The notes under the pieces: generated by a model
Seen by the model: only the letters and a program-made list of their open reading frames with translations
What the model was told of the DNA's origin: nothing
Database searches by the model: none
In this document: piece by piece, positions 1 to 7,798 of the stretch
How positions within the stretch are numbered: position 1 is the stretch's first letter
How the letters are laid out: every line of letters begins with the position of its first letter
Position numbers and translations under genes: made by a program
Assembly: GCA_041671645.1 (NCBI GenBank)
Contig: JBAZBD010000001.1
Location: 479,234 to 543,233, forward strand
Length of the DNA: 64,000 nt
Direction: 5' to 3'
Source: Patescibacteria group bacterium
Lineage (GTDB): Bacteria; Patescibacteriota; UBA1384; XYA2-FULL-43-10; 1-14-0-10-43-13

Positions 1-2
1 GT

Positions 3-152
3 AAAAGCATCGAATTAATTACAGATTCAACAACTGCGCCCACTAAGTATATCGTCTACGGCGAGAGCGTAGTAACTGCTGGTTCGTTCTTGTCTTACTA
101 CACTGGTAAGATTTATGAGAAAGTTACTGCAGAGCCAATTGTGGCTAAATAG
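3..152 (+). CDS. 3' end of an upstream gene (partial; open frame from window start to TAG at 150-152)
   Basis: Frame 3 is open from nt 3 to the TAG at 150-152 (…KSIELITDSTTAPTKYIVYGESVVTAGSFLSYYTGKIYEKVTAEPIVAK*). It sits directly upstream of a pilin gene, so it may be the C-terminus of another pilin-like protein. Confidence 0.35.
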   Translation, partial: KSIELITDSTTAPTKYIVYGESVVTAGSFLSYYTGKIYEKVTAEPIVAK

Positions 153-215
153 TTTTTCTTACGCTTGGCGGGAAGCTCCTGCCAAGTTAAGAGAATCAAA
201 AATAAAAGGAGATGG

Positions 216-761
216 ATGAAAAAGGGTTTTACTTTGATCGAACTATTGGTGGTGGTCAGTATTATAGGTATCCTTGCGACCGTGTTGGTCGTCAATCTTT
301 CTACATCTCAGGTCAAAGCGCGAAATGCCCGCATCCAAAACGATGTAGAGCAACTCTCGAGTGCTGCAGAAATTATTCTTTTGGGTTCGGCGGCTTTTAC
401 CGGAAGCTCGATCGGTCTAAAAACTGATGATTTAAGTTTGCCCATCAAATCAGGCAATACAGCGCCTCGAATATCAGTGGGAGTCAATTCATTTCGTGAG
501 GAGGGTTCAACGGTCAATCTTATAGCTAGCCCACCCTCTAACCCAGCCTCGAATGTAGCTACTGATAAATATCATTATTATTTTATGAAGACTAACGCTA
601 CCGGCACGGCCTATGTAATTTATGCTATGGCCGCAGATACTTTTAAGGGCACTGACTCTCCTACGTTAGCTACCGGAGATAAGTTCTACTTCTGTAAGAC
701 TGGGAAAGCATGCAGCATCAAGATATTGACCGATACTGACGCGGCGACCCCATCCTATTAA
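216..761 (+). CDS. Type IV pilin-like protein with prepilin N-terminal cleavage/methylation motif
   Basis: N-terminus MKKGFTLIELLVVVSIIGILA is a class III signal peptide (G|FTLIEL). RBS AAAGGAGA lies upstream of the ATG at 216. The track ORF 165..761 starts further upstream but has no RBS. Confidence 0.8.
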   Translation: MKKGFTLIELLVVVSIIGILATVLVVNLSTSQVKARNARIQNDVEQLSSAAEIILLGSAAFTGSSIGLKTDDLSLPIKSGNTAPRISVGVNSFREEGSTVNLIASPPSNPASNVATDKYHYYFMKTNATGTAYVIYAMAADTFKGTDSPTLATGDKFYFCKTGKACSIKILTDTDAATPSY

Positions 762-818
762 ATTTTGCATCATTCCTCTGCATCGAGTACAATATTGATA
801 TATTAAGCAGAGGAGAAC

Positions 819-1586
819 ATGTTATATAATTCTATCCTGATATTCGTAATAGGTCTCGCAATTGGCTCGTTTCTCAACGTAGTCATTTTGCGTATGGATG
901 AGCTCAAGACAATCATCAATTCTAGGTCTCATTGTCCCGATTGTCGCAAGACCATCGCCTGGTACGATCTGATCCCTTTTGTCTCCTTCGTCCTGCTTTG
1001 GGGGAAATGCCGCAATTGTGGCAAGAAGATTTCATGGCAATATCCGCTGGTAGAGCTTGGTGTCGGATCGGTATTTCTGATTCTATTCCTATTTTTCAGT
1101 TTCACACCGCTATTCTTCCTCTATGCGCTAATCTTCTCACTGCTCACCGTAGTCTTTGTCTATGATCTTCGGACGCAGACAGTGCCTGAGGCCTTTGTCT
1201 GGGCGGCTCTGATCTTGTCTCTTGGCACATTTTATTTCATCAAAGGCCAACCAGCGATACCAATGCTCGAGGGCGCCTTGCTTGCTGGAGGATTCTTAGC
1301 ACTACTTGTCTATACGTCCAAAGAGAAGTGGATGGGAGCGGGGGATATCAAGATTGGGCTTATCCTTGGACTTCTGGCCGGTTTCCCTGGTGCCTTGCTG
1401 GCGATGTTTTTCTCATTTTTCTCTGGCTCTATTCTCGGATTGATTTACCTCTTTGCGACTCGCGGGAAAGTGGATAAGAAGGGGCTAAAGACCTCTTTGC
1501 CCTTTGCGCCGTTCCTTATCCTGTCTTCGTTTTTGGTCATTACTTATGGTAAAATAGTAGTAGACTGGTATTTCGGCTTGTTTTAA
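819..1586 (+). CDS. pilD: Prepilin peptidase (PilD/A24 family) with N-terminal zinc-binding domain
   Basis: GSFLNV…CPDC…CRNCG tetra-cysteine N-terminal domain followed by a polytopic membrane peptidase body. Located inside the pilin operon. Confidence 0.85.
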   Translation: MLYNSILIFVIGLAIGSFLNVVILRMDELKTIINSRSHCPDCRKTIAWYDLIPFVSFVLLWGKCRNCGKKISWQYPLVELGVGSVFLILFLFFSFTPLFFLYALIFSLLTVVFVYDLRTQTVPEAFVWAALILSLGTFYFIKGQPAIPMLEGALLAGGFLALLVYTSKEKWMGAGDIKIGLILGLLAGFPGALLAMFFSFFSGSILGLIYLFATRGKVDKKGLKTSLPFAPFLILSSFLVITYGKIVVDWYFGLF

Positions 1587-1600
1587 TAATCGGAGAGGGA

Positions 1601-2119
1601 GTGATCAGAAAAGCCTACACCTTAATCGAGCTCCTGGTGGCTATGGGTATTATGGGCCTACTTTTGACGGTAGGGATCCCTTCTTTTAGTGGTTTCAACA
1701 ACTCAATAAATTTCAAAGACAAGGTGGATGAGGTCAATAGCCTGATCAATCAGACTTATCTGATGTCTCGTAATCCCGACAGTTTGTCGACAGTTCAATA
1801 TCAGGTCAGTGTCGACGTGGATGATTCGACGAAGTTGAATCTTTCGAATTGTATCGAAGTTGATGCTGTCTCAGGGTTATGTATAAATGACAACGTTATA
1901 AAAACGGTGACACTTTCGGCGGGCGAAGAGTTCCAGGCAGGAACTTTTGGCCTCGGTGAGAGTTATATCGTTTGCCCGACTAATCTAGAAAAAAGCTGTG
2001 TGATTGGCAGCAACCCCGTGACGTTTTCGATTATGGATTCACGAGTGTCAAAGCAGGCAGATTTTACAGCCGAAACTGGCCCGTTTAAAGTTAAAACCGA
2101 GATTTCGGTGGTCAATTGA
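1601..2119 (+). CDS. Pseudopilin / minor pilin (prepilin-type N-terminal domain)
   Basis: N-terminus MIRKAYTLIELLVAMGIMGLLL. GTG start preceded by GGAGAGGGA. Confidence 0.7.
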   Translation: MIRKAYTLIELLVAMGIMGLLLTVGIPSFSGFNNSINFKDKVDEVNSLINQTYLMSRNPDSLSTVQYQVSVDVDDSTKLNLSNCIEVDAVSGLCINDNVIKTVTLSAGEEFQAGTFGLGESYIVCPTNLEKSCVIGSNPVTFSIMDSRVSKQADFTAETGPFKVKTEISVVN

Positions 2120-2685
2120 TGTTTAACAAATCAACAAAATTAGCATTTGGATTGATAGAGGTAATGGTTGCATCGGCAATGATTTTGATGGTCTTGATCG
2201 CACTCACCATGGCTACCAAATCTTCGCTCAAAGGAAATCAGGATATTCACCTGCGCGCCTCGGCTTTGTTTCTGGCTCAGGAGGGTATTGAAGCCGTTAG
2301 GGGGATTCGAGACAACAATTGGAGCAGCAACTCCGGTGCGGGTTGGAAAGCTTTGCAATGGAGTGGCAATACTCTTGTCGAAGTAGATTTGACCAACCCA
2401 AGTTGTTATAAAATTGAATTTAAGGAAATTATCAAAAGCTTTGGCCTGACAGCGATAACCTGTCCTGGTAATGTCGGTGATACGGTCGCTCAGGAATCCG
2501 TCCAGATCGAGATTGACAACCCAGACACATTTTATCGATACATTAAGATTGAATCTGCTGGCGGCCTTGGTGATTCAATAGCGAACGACGACAATGCGCT
2601 GAAAGCCACTGCACATGTAACATACGGAGATGGCAAGCAGGTTAGCGTGAGTGAATTACTTACTGATTGGCTACCCAAATACTAG
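2116..2685 (+). CDS. Pseudopilin / minor pilin (prepilin-type N-terminal domain)
   Basis: KLAFGLIEVMVASAMILMVLIAL prepilin-like N-terminus. 4-nt ATGA overlap with the upstream gene. Confidence 0.65.
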   Translation: MMFNKSTKLAFGLIEVMVASAMILMVLIALTMATKSSLKGNQDIHLRASALFLAQEGIEAVRGIRDNNWSSNSGAGWKALQWSGNTLVEVDLTNPSCYKIEFKEIIKSFGLTAITCPGNVGDTVAQESVQIEIDNPDTFYRYIKIESAGGLGDSIANDDNALKATAHVTYGDGKQVSVSELLTDWLPKY

Positions 2686-2695
2686 AAATGATCAA

Positions 2696-2735
2696 GGTTC
2701 AATTATCAATTATCAATGATCAATTAATTATCAAA
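2696..2735. repeat. Heptamer tandem repeat (TCAATTA-like x~5) filling the intergenic spacer before a pilin gene
   Basis: tcaattatcaattatcaatgatcaattaattatcaa lies between the stop at 2685 and the ATG at 2739. Confidence 0.7.
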
Positions 2736-2738
2736 TTA

Positions 2739-3476
2739 ATGAAAATTAAAAATAAAATTAGACCGGCTTTTACTCTTATTGAGATACTGATCGCGACGTC
2801 GATTTTCTCATTGCTCATGGTTATGACGAGTGGGATTGTGGCTGAGAGCTCTGGCTATCAGGCCAAGATCAAGGCGCTTCGAAATGTATCGGCGGAGACG
2901 AGAAAAGCAGCTGACTTTATTAGCAATGAAATTAGATCGGCCAACGGCTCGGGTACCGTTGAATATGTCAATTCAGCTGGCTTAAAAAGCGTATCGTATT
3001 CTACGAGCTTGGCAATCTTTAACTGCAATCAGACTTATTGCGATCCGCAATACAGGACGACTGCTGATATCACTACGCCGGGATTCGCTCTGCCTGATCA
3101 CTCGAATCTTACTGGCAACGTCTTGATCACGTTCGTCAAAGAGGACGGGATTGCTCGAGCCCATGTTATTGCTTTCAGGGATAACAACCAACACAAGTTA
3201 TACTTCAAAAAAGTTAGTGCAGACTTGAATATAAATTCTGAAGTCGGATCGATGAGCGAAGATGACGTTTATAGTGGAAAAGAAGAATCTGACGGTACGG
3301 GCGTTGAAATGGCGGCGCATTTTGGTGGATTCGCGCCGGGCAAGGAAGACTTGCACCCGAGACACTCCTATGTTACCTTTCTTGTGACCGCCAGGACGAG
3401 GGGATACGACGATTTGCCTTCGGTTCAGCGTGCAATCGCGTCCATTCGGTCTATGGTAGTAATGCGGAGTTATTAA
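2739..3476 (+). CDS. Pseudopilin / minor pilin (prepilin-type N-terminal domain)
   Basis: Internal start MKIKNKIRPAFTLIEILIATSIFSLLMV. The track ORF 2667 begins inside the previous gene, so 2739 is the plausible start. Confidence 0.7.
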   Translation: MKIKNKIRPAFTLIEILIATSIFSLLMVMTSGIVAESSGYQAKIKALRNVSAETRKAADFISNEIRSANGSGTVEYVNSAGLKSVSYSTSLAIFNCNQTYCDPQYRTTADITTPGFALPDHSNLTGNVLITFVKEDGIARAHVIAFRDNNQHKLYFKKVSADLNINSEVGSMSEDDVYSGKEESDGTGVEMAAHFGGFAPGKEDLHPRHSYVTFLVTARTRGYDDLPSVQRAIASIRSMVVMRSY

Positions 3477-3477
3477 T

Positions 3478-3918
3478 ATGTCAGAAAAGATATTCATCAA
3501 TACAGACGGTGGTTCTAGAGGAAATCCAGGTCCTTGCGGAATTGGAATTGTTTTTTTTGATGAGAAGGGGCAAGAGTTTCATCGTCATGATGAATACATT
3601 GGTGAGGGTACGAATAACACAGCTGAATACCGCGCCATTATCAAAGCCTTGGAAATACTGACCAAAAGTAAATGGTTTGTTGAGAACAACAGCAAAGAGA
3701 ACGAGGTCGTCTGCCGTCTCGACAGCCAACTGGTCGTAGAGCAGATCAATGGACGTTACAAAGTCAAACAGTCTCATATAGCTGAGTATATGGAAGAGAT
3801 CAAAAAACTACTCTCCCAGAGTATTGTAAGGGTTTCCTTCGTACACATTCCAAGAGAGCAAAATAAAATTGCCGACCGCCTGGTGAACAAAGCTCTCGAC
3901 GCAAAGACTGTGTGGTGA
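3478..3918 (+). CDS. rnhA: Ribonuclease HI
   Basis: DGGSRGNPGP…TNNTAEYRAIIKALE…D motifs of the RNase H fold. Confidence 0.8.
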   Translation: MSEKIFINTDGGSRGNPGPCGIGIVFFDEKGQEFHRHDEYIGEGTNNTAEYRAIIKALEILTKSKWFVENNSKENEVVCRLDSQLVVEQINGRYKVKQSHIAEYMEEIKKLLSQSIVRVSFVHIPREQNKIADRLVNKALDAKTVW

Positions 3919-3919
3919 G

Positions 3920-5680
3920 ATGTTAAAAACAAAATATCCGCTGTATATATTAGTCTTTTGTCTGATGGTCGGTGGATTTTTTTTGATCTCGATTTATCGC
4001 AAACCGACTATCTCTCTCAATACAAATTCGTCCAATCTGATTGATCTCAGCGCCGACACTGTCAGTGCGAAAATATCTACTCTCATCGTCCCGCACCATG
4101 ATTTGGTCGCAGAAAAGCGAGCCAAGCTGTTCGAACTGGCCATGAATTATACTGATTACCCCGACACTATCATATTGGTCTCGACCAACCATTTTGATAC
4201 TGGAAGTTATGACATTTTGACGACAGACAAAACCTGGAATCTGGCCAGTGGAAAGCTACGGCCAGACTCGGCGATAATTGCTTCGTTGGTCAAGAAGAAT
4301 TTAGTCGCAGTTCAGGAAACAGCTTTTGCTGGCGAGCATGGGATTGCCAATATTTTGCCTGATATCTACTTGAATTTTCCTGATTCAGAAATTGTGCCGA
4401 TAATTATCAAGCCAAAAACCGAAAAGGTTATCTTGGACAATTTGCTGGTCGGCTTGAACGAAGCTTGTATCAATAATTGTCTTTTGGTCGATTCTGTTGA
4501 TTTTTCTCATTACCAACCTGCCTCTCTGGCGCAAATTCACGATGATTTTACCATCCGCGCGCTCAATAATCTCGACGAAAGTTCGATCTTGAAATCAGAG
4601 GTTGACTCAGTCGAGAGCCTATATCTCGGTATGAAGTGGGCCGAAGGCAAAAACGCGAAGAAATTCAATCTAGTCGAAAATACAAATTCTGGTGTGATTG
4701 CTTCGGACCGTGACGTAGAGTCAACATCCTACGTCTTTGGTTGGTATGAGCAGGGGATTGCCAACAAAAAGATCGAGGATTCAGTTAGTTTCACGATCGG
4801 TGGCGACATGATGTTCGATCGCTTGGTTGATTATACCTTCCGCGGCGACAAGATATTCGATATTTTCAGTAACCTTGGCGACAGAACATTTTGGGGCACT
4901 GATCTTGCGATTGCAAATCTTGAAGGTCCAATTAGTGCTACTCCGATTCCTGCTGACGGGACGAGAGACAGCCTGGTGTTTAATTTCCCGCCCAAAACGA
5001 CTGATGTTCTTTTGGGGCTTCATTTTAACGCTCTGAGCCTGGCCAACAATCACGCGCTAAACCATGGGAAATCTGGCTTTGAAAATACAATCAAAGTGCT
5101 TAACGAAGCGGGGATTAGGCCAATTGGGAGTCAAAATACTTTCGACGAAACTTCAGTAGCTGAGTTTGGCTTGCCAGGCAAAAAGATATCAGTGATTACG
5201 ATTGAATCGTTGGAAGTCTCGAAAAATTTAACCGAAGTTATTCAGGCAGAAAAAGCCAAAGGCAATAAGGTTTTGGTTTTCCCGCATTGGGGCACAGAAT
5301 ATGAGCCGATTCATTCTATTGCCCAAGCCAAACTTGCCTACGCTTGGATTGACGCGGGCGCCGATATTGTGATCGGTAGCCATCCCCATGTGATCCAGGA
5401 CGCGGAGATATACAAGGGGAAGCCCATATTCTACTCACTTGGTAATTTACTTTTTGACCAAACATTTTCTGCTCCCACCCAGCACGGACTGATAATTGCA
5501 GGCGAGTTTAAAGGTGACAATTTAAGTCTAGTATTGCTTCCGACAGTTCAAAACAAGCTCAAACCTGAGCTTTTGACTGGTCAGGAAAAAACAGATTTTA
5601 TTACCAAAATGCGAGGCTATCTAAATCTGCCAGTGGCCAATCAGGGCTTGAATTATGATAAAATAGAAATAAGTATATAA
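3920..5680 (+). CDS. Membrane-anchored fusion protein: N-terminal Memo/LigB-like domain + C-terminal CapA (PGA_cap) metallophosphatase-like domain
   Basis: N-terminal TM segment. LIVPHHD…STNHF motifs in the N-terminal half. C-terminal PHWGTEY…GADIVIGSHPHVIQ…YSLGNLLFDQ is typical of CapA/PGA_cap. Confidence 0.6.
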   Translation: MLKTKYPLYILVFCLMVGGFFLISIYRKPTISLNTNSSNLIDLSADTVSAKISTLIVPHHDLVAEKRAKLFELAMNYTDYPDTIILVSTNHFDTGSYDILTTDKTWNLASGKLRPDSAIIASLVKKNLVAVQETAFAGEHGIANILPDIYLNFPDSEIVPIIIKPKTEKVILDNLLVGLNEACINNCLLVDSVDFSHYQPASLAQIHDDFTIRALNNLDESSILKSEVDSVESLYLGMKWAEGKNAKKFNLVENTNSGVIASDRDVESTSYVFGWYEQGIANKKIEDSVSFTIGGDMMFDRLVDYTFRGDKIFDIFSNLGDRTFWGTDLAIANLEGPISATPIPADGTRDSLVFNFPPKTTDVLLGLHFNALSLANNHALNHGKSGFENTIKVLNEAGIRPIGSQNTFDETSVAEFGLPGKKISVITIESLEVSKNLTEVIQAEKAKGNKVLVFPHWGTEYEPIHSIAQAKLAYAWIDAGADIVIGSHPHVIQDAEIYKGKPIFYSLGNLLFDQTFSAPTQHGLIIAGEFKGDNLSLVLLPTVQNKLKPELLTGQEKTDFITKMRGYLNLPVANQGLNYDKIEISI

Positions 5681-5701
5681 ACGAAATATCTAAGGAGGAA
5701 G

Positions 5702-7432
5702 ATGGAAGATCCTATTGAAATAAAAGTGCCGAGCCCGATGAAAGGCTCAGGCATAAAGCGCAAGAAGTGGATGCTCTGGTCTATTGTCGGCGTAGCTGTT
5801 ATCGCGCTAGGCGGATCTGCATACGCTTTTCGCGGGTCTATCTCGGATTGGATCAAGAAAGATGCACCTGTCGTCTCGACTACCTCATCAACTGAAACAC
5901 CCGCTGCTACCTCTGAAGTCACTGACGTTACGCCGACAACACCAGCCACAACCAGTACAGAAATTGTGCCAATTGTTGACGCCGGGGTGACATGGCAGAC
6001 ACCAACCAAATTGGCTGATTTGAAATTGTTTAAATCTGGTGGCGATTTCGAACCGAGTGATGTCGCCTATTATCAGGTTGCCACATTTTCAGCTGGTGGA
6101 TCATTAATTGTTGGCGAGGTAGCATGTGGTCCTGGCGGCCTTTGCTACTATCATTTCAAGAAAGGTGCAGATGGAGTGTATAATTATCTCACAAAACATT
6201 CATCAGACTCGGATTCTCTGAGCGTCTCTAAATATATTGCGACTGTAGTAAATATCGATTCTACTACGAGCTATGCTTCCATCAGTTCTCCCGACCAAAT
6301 CGCAACTGAGAAAAATGTAGTCCTGAAGAGAGCTTGGACAGAGACTTGGTACTCTTCGCTTGTATCTCCTACAAAGATCGCCACGACAAGTTATGGCGAA
6401 ATATTTCGCGTTGCCACTCAACCAACAGCCGCAACTGCTGAGACATCAGCACAATATATTACTTACTACTTGAAACATGCTGATGGGTTGGTTATAGAAT
6501 ATCGTTTGTCTGATAACTTAATGACCGACGATAGCGTGGCCCTGGTCACTTTCACAGGATTAGCCAAGAATACTGAAAAGTACTTTGCTTCGATTATTGC
6601 ATCCCATTGTGGCTCCGGATCGGGGGTATCAATCCTGAGCGACGTTTCAAATATCACCACTCGTCTGAAAGATGCTGGTGTTGCTGACAACGGCAGCAGG
6701 ATTTATTACTTTTCGAGTAACGACGATCTGGCTTTGACGCAGGCCTATACGACATATTCAAACGGTCGAGATGCTGCCAATACGATCACCAAAGAGGCAT
6801 TCCTGGCCAAAAATCCAGTTTTCATCTGGAAAAATCCATTCTCTGATTACGAGACATTCTTCAAACAGGAATTTGCGCCGCTTGGCGAATGTGGCAAGCC
6901 AGTCGTATACCTTTATCCAACCAAAACTACCCAAGTTTCTGTAAACGTCGGAGCTAAGATTACCAAAAGTGAGCCAGCGTATGGAAAAGGCTGGAACGTT
7001 TTGGCCGATCCATCGGGGAAGCTTACCTTGAATAATGTTGTTTACCCAAATCTATTCTGGGAGGGGATTGGCAAGGGAGAATACCCACAAATCTCATCCG
7101 GTTTTGTGGTTAAGAAAGCCGACATCGCGAATACATTAAAAGCACACTTAGCTAAGCTCGGATTAAACAGTCAGGAAAGCGCCGACTTTATGGAGTATTG
7201 GCTGCCCAAGATGCCTGCTACCCCCTATACTCGACTCTCCTGGTTTGGCACAAGTCAAATGGATAGATTGGCTCCTCTGACAGTTTCTCCCAAGCCTGAC
7301 AGTGTAATTCGTATCTTCCTTGATTTTGAAGGATTGAACGCGCCGATTAGCTTGCCAGAGCAGAAACTTAAGTCTATTGAACGTAAGGGCTTCACGGTCG
7401 TAGAGTGGGGTGGATTGCTCAGAGGCAATTAA
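5702..7432 (+). CDS. Membrane-anchored extracellular protein of unknown function (Ser/Thr/Pro-rich linker)
   Basis: Single N-terminal TM ([21 protein letters not shown]), then a [28 protein letters not shown] linker and a ~480-aa domain with no recognised motif. AAGGAGG RBS. Confidence 0.6.
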   Translation: MEDPIEIKVPSPMKGSGIKRKKWMLWSIVGVAVIALGGSAYAFRGSISDWIKKDAPVVSTTSSTETPAATSEVTDVTPTTPATTSTEIVPIVDAGVTWQTPTKLADLKLFKSGGDFEPSDVAYYQVATFSAGGSLIVGEVACGPGGLCYYHFKKGADGVYNYLTKHSSDSDSLSVSKYIATVVNIDSTTSYASISSPDQIATEKNVVLKRAWTETWYSSLVSPTKIATTSYGEIFRVATQPTAATAETSAQYITYYLKHADGLVIEYRLSDNLMTDDSVALVTFTGLAKNTEKYFASIIASHCGSGSGVSILSDVSNITTRLKDAGVADNGSRIYYFSSNDDLALTQAYTTYSNGRDAANTITKEAFLAKNPVFIWKNPFSDYETFFKQEFAPLGECGKPVVYLYPTKTTQVSVNVGAKITKSEPAYGKGWNVLADPSGKLTLNNVVYPNLFWEGIGKGEYPQISSGFVVKKADIANTLKAHLAKLGLNSQESADFMEYWLPKMPATPYTRLSWFGTSQMDRLAPLTVSPKPDSVIRIFLDFEGLNAPISLPEQKLKSIERKGFTVVEWGGLLRGN

Positions 7433-7450
7433 TAAAAGAAACAAGAGAAA

Positions 7451-7476
7451 GTGTCCCGACTAGTCGGGACACTTTT
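7451..7476 (+). terminator. Rho-independent terminator
   Basis: Perfect 10-bp inverted repeat GTGTCCCGAC-TA-GTCGGGACAC followed by TTTT. Confidence 0.85.
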
Positions 7477-7485
7477 CGAACAAAA

Positions 7486-7710
7486 ATGAAATTGGTAAAC
7501 GTAAAAGTAGTGCCGGGAGCAAAGGCTGAACAGATCCAGATTTCAATCGACGGAAGTCTCAAGGTTTGGGTCCGGGGCAAACCCGTCGACGGTGAGGCGA
7601 ATCGAGCCGTGATCAAAATCCTGGCCAAATATTTCGAAGTGGCGCCGAGCCTGATAGGGATCAAAAGCGGCCATACCTCGAGAAATAAATTGATCGAAGT
7701 AGATATTTGA
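7486..7710 (+). CDS. DUF167 (YggU) family protein
   Basis: [17 protein letters not shown]…[23 protein letters not shown]…[14 protein letters not shown] matches the YggU/DUF167 pattern. The track ORF 7405 has a spurious N-terminal extension overlapping the terminator. Confidence 0.7.
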   Translation: MKLVNVKVVPGAKAEQIQISIDGSLKVWVRGKPVDGEANRAVIKILAKYFEVAPSLIGIKSGHTSRNKLIEVDI

Positions 7711-7798
7711 TAGTTTGATCGTGTGCTTGGTTAACAAACGGTCAGTTTTTTGATATTGTTGTCTTGTAGTATAATTATTTTCTGAAAATGAGGTTTCT

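Noticed and set aside
7711-7798. T-box or other leader upstream of ileS
   Set aside because: Only ~88 nt lie between the upstream stop and the ileS ATG. There is no specifier/antiterminator architecture, only a TATAAT -10 element near 7765-7775.
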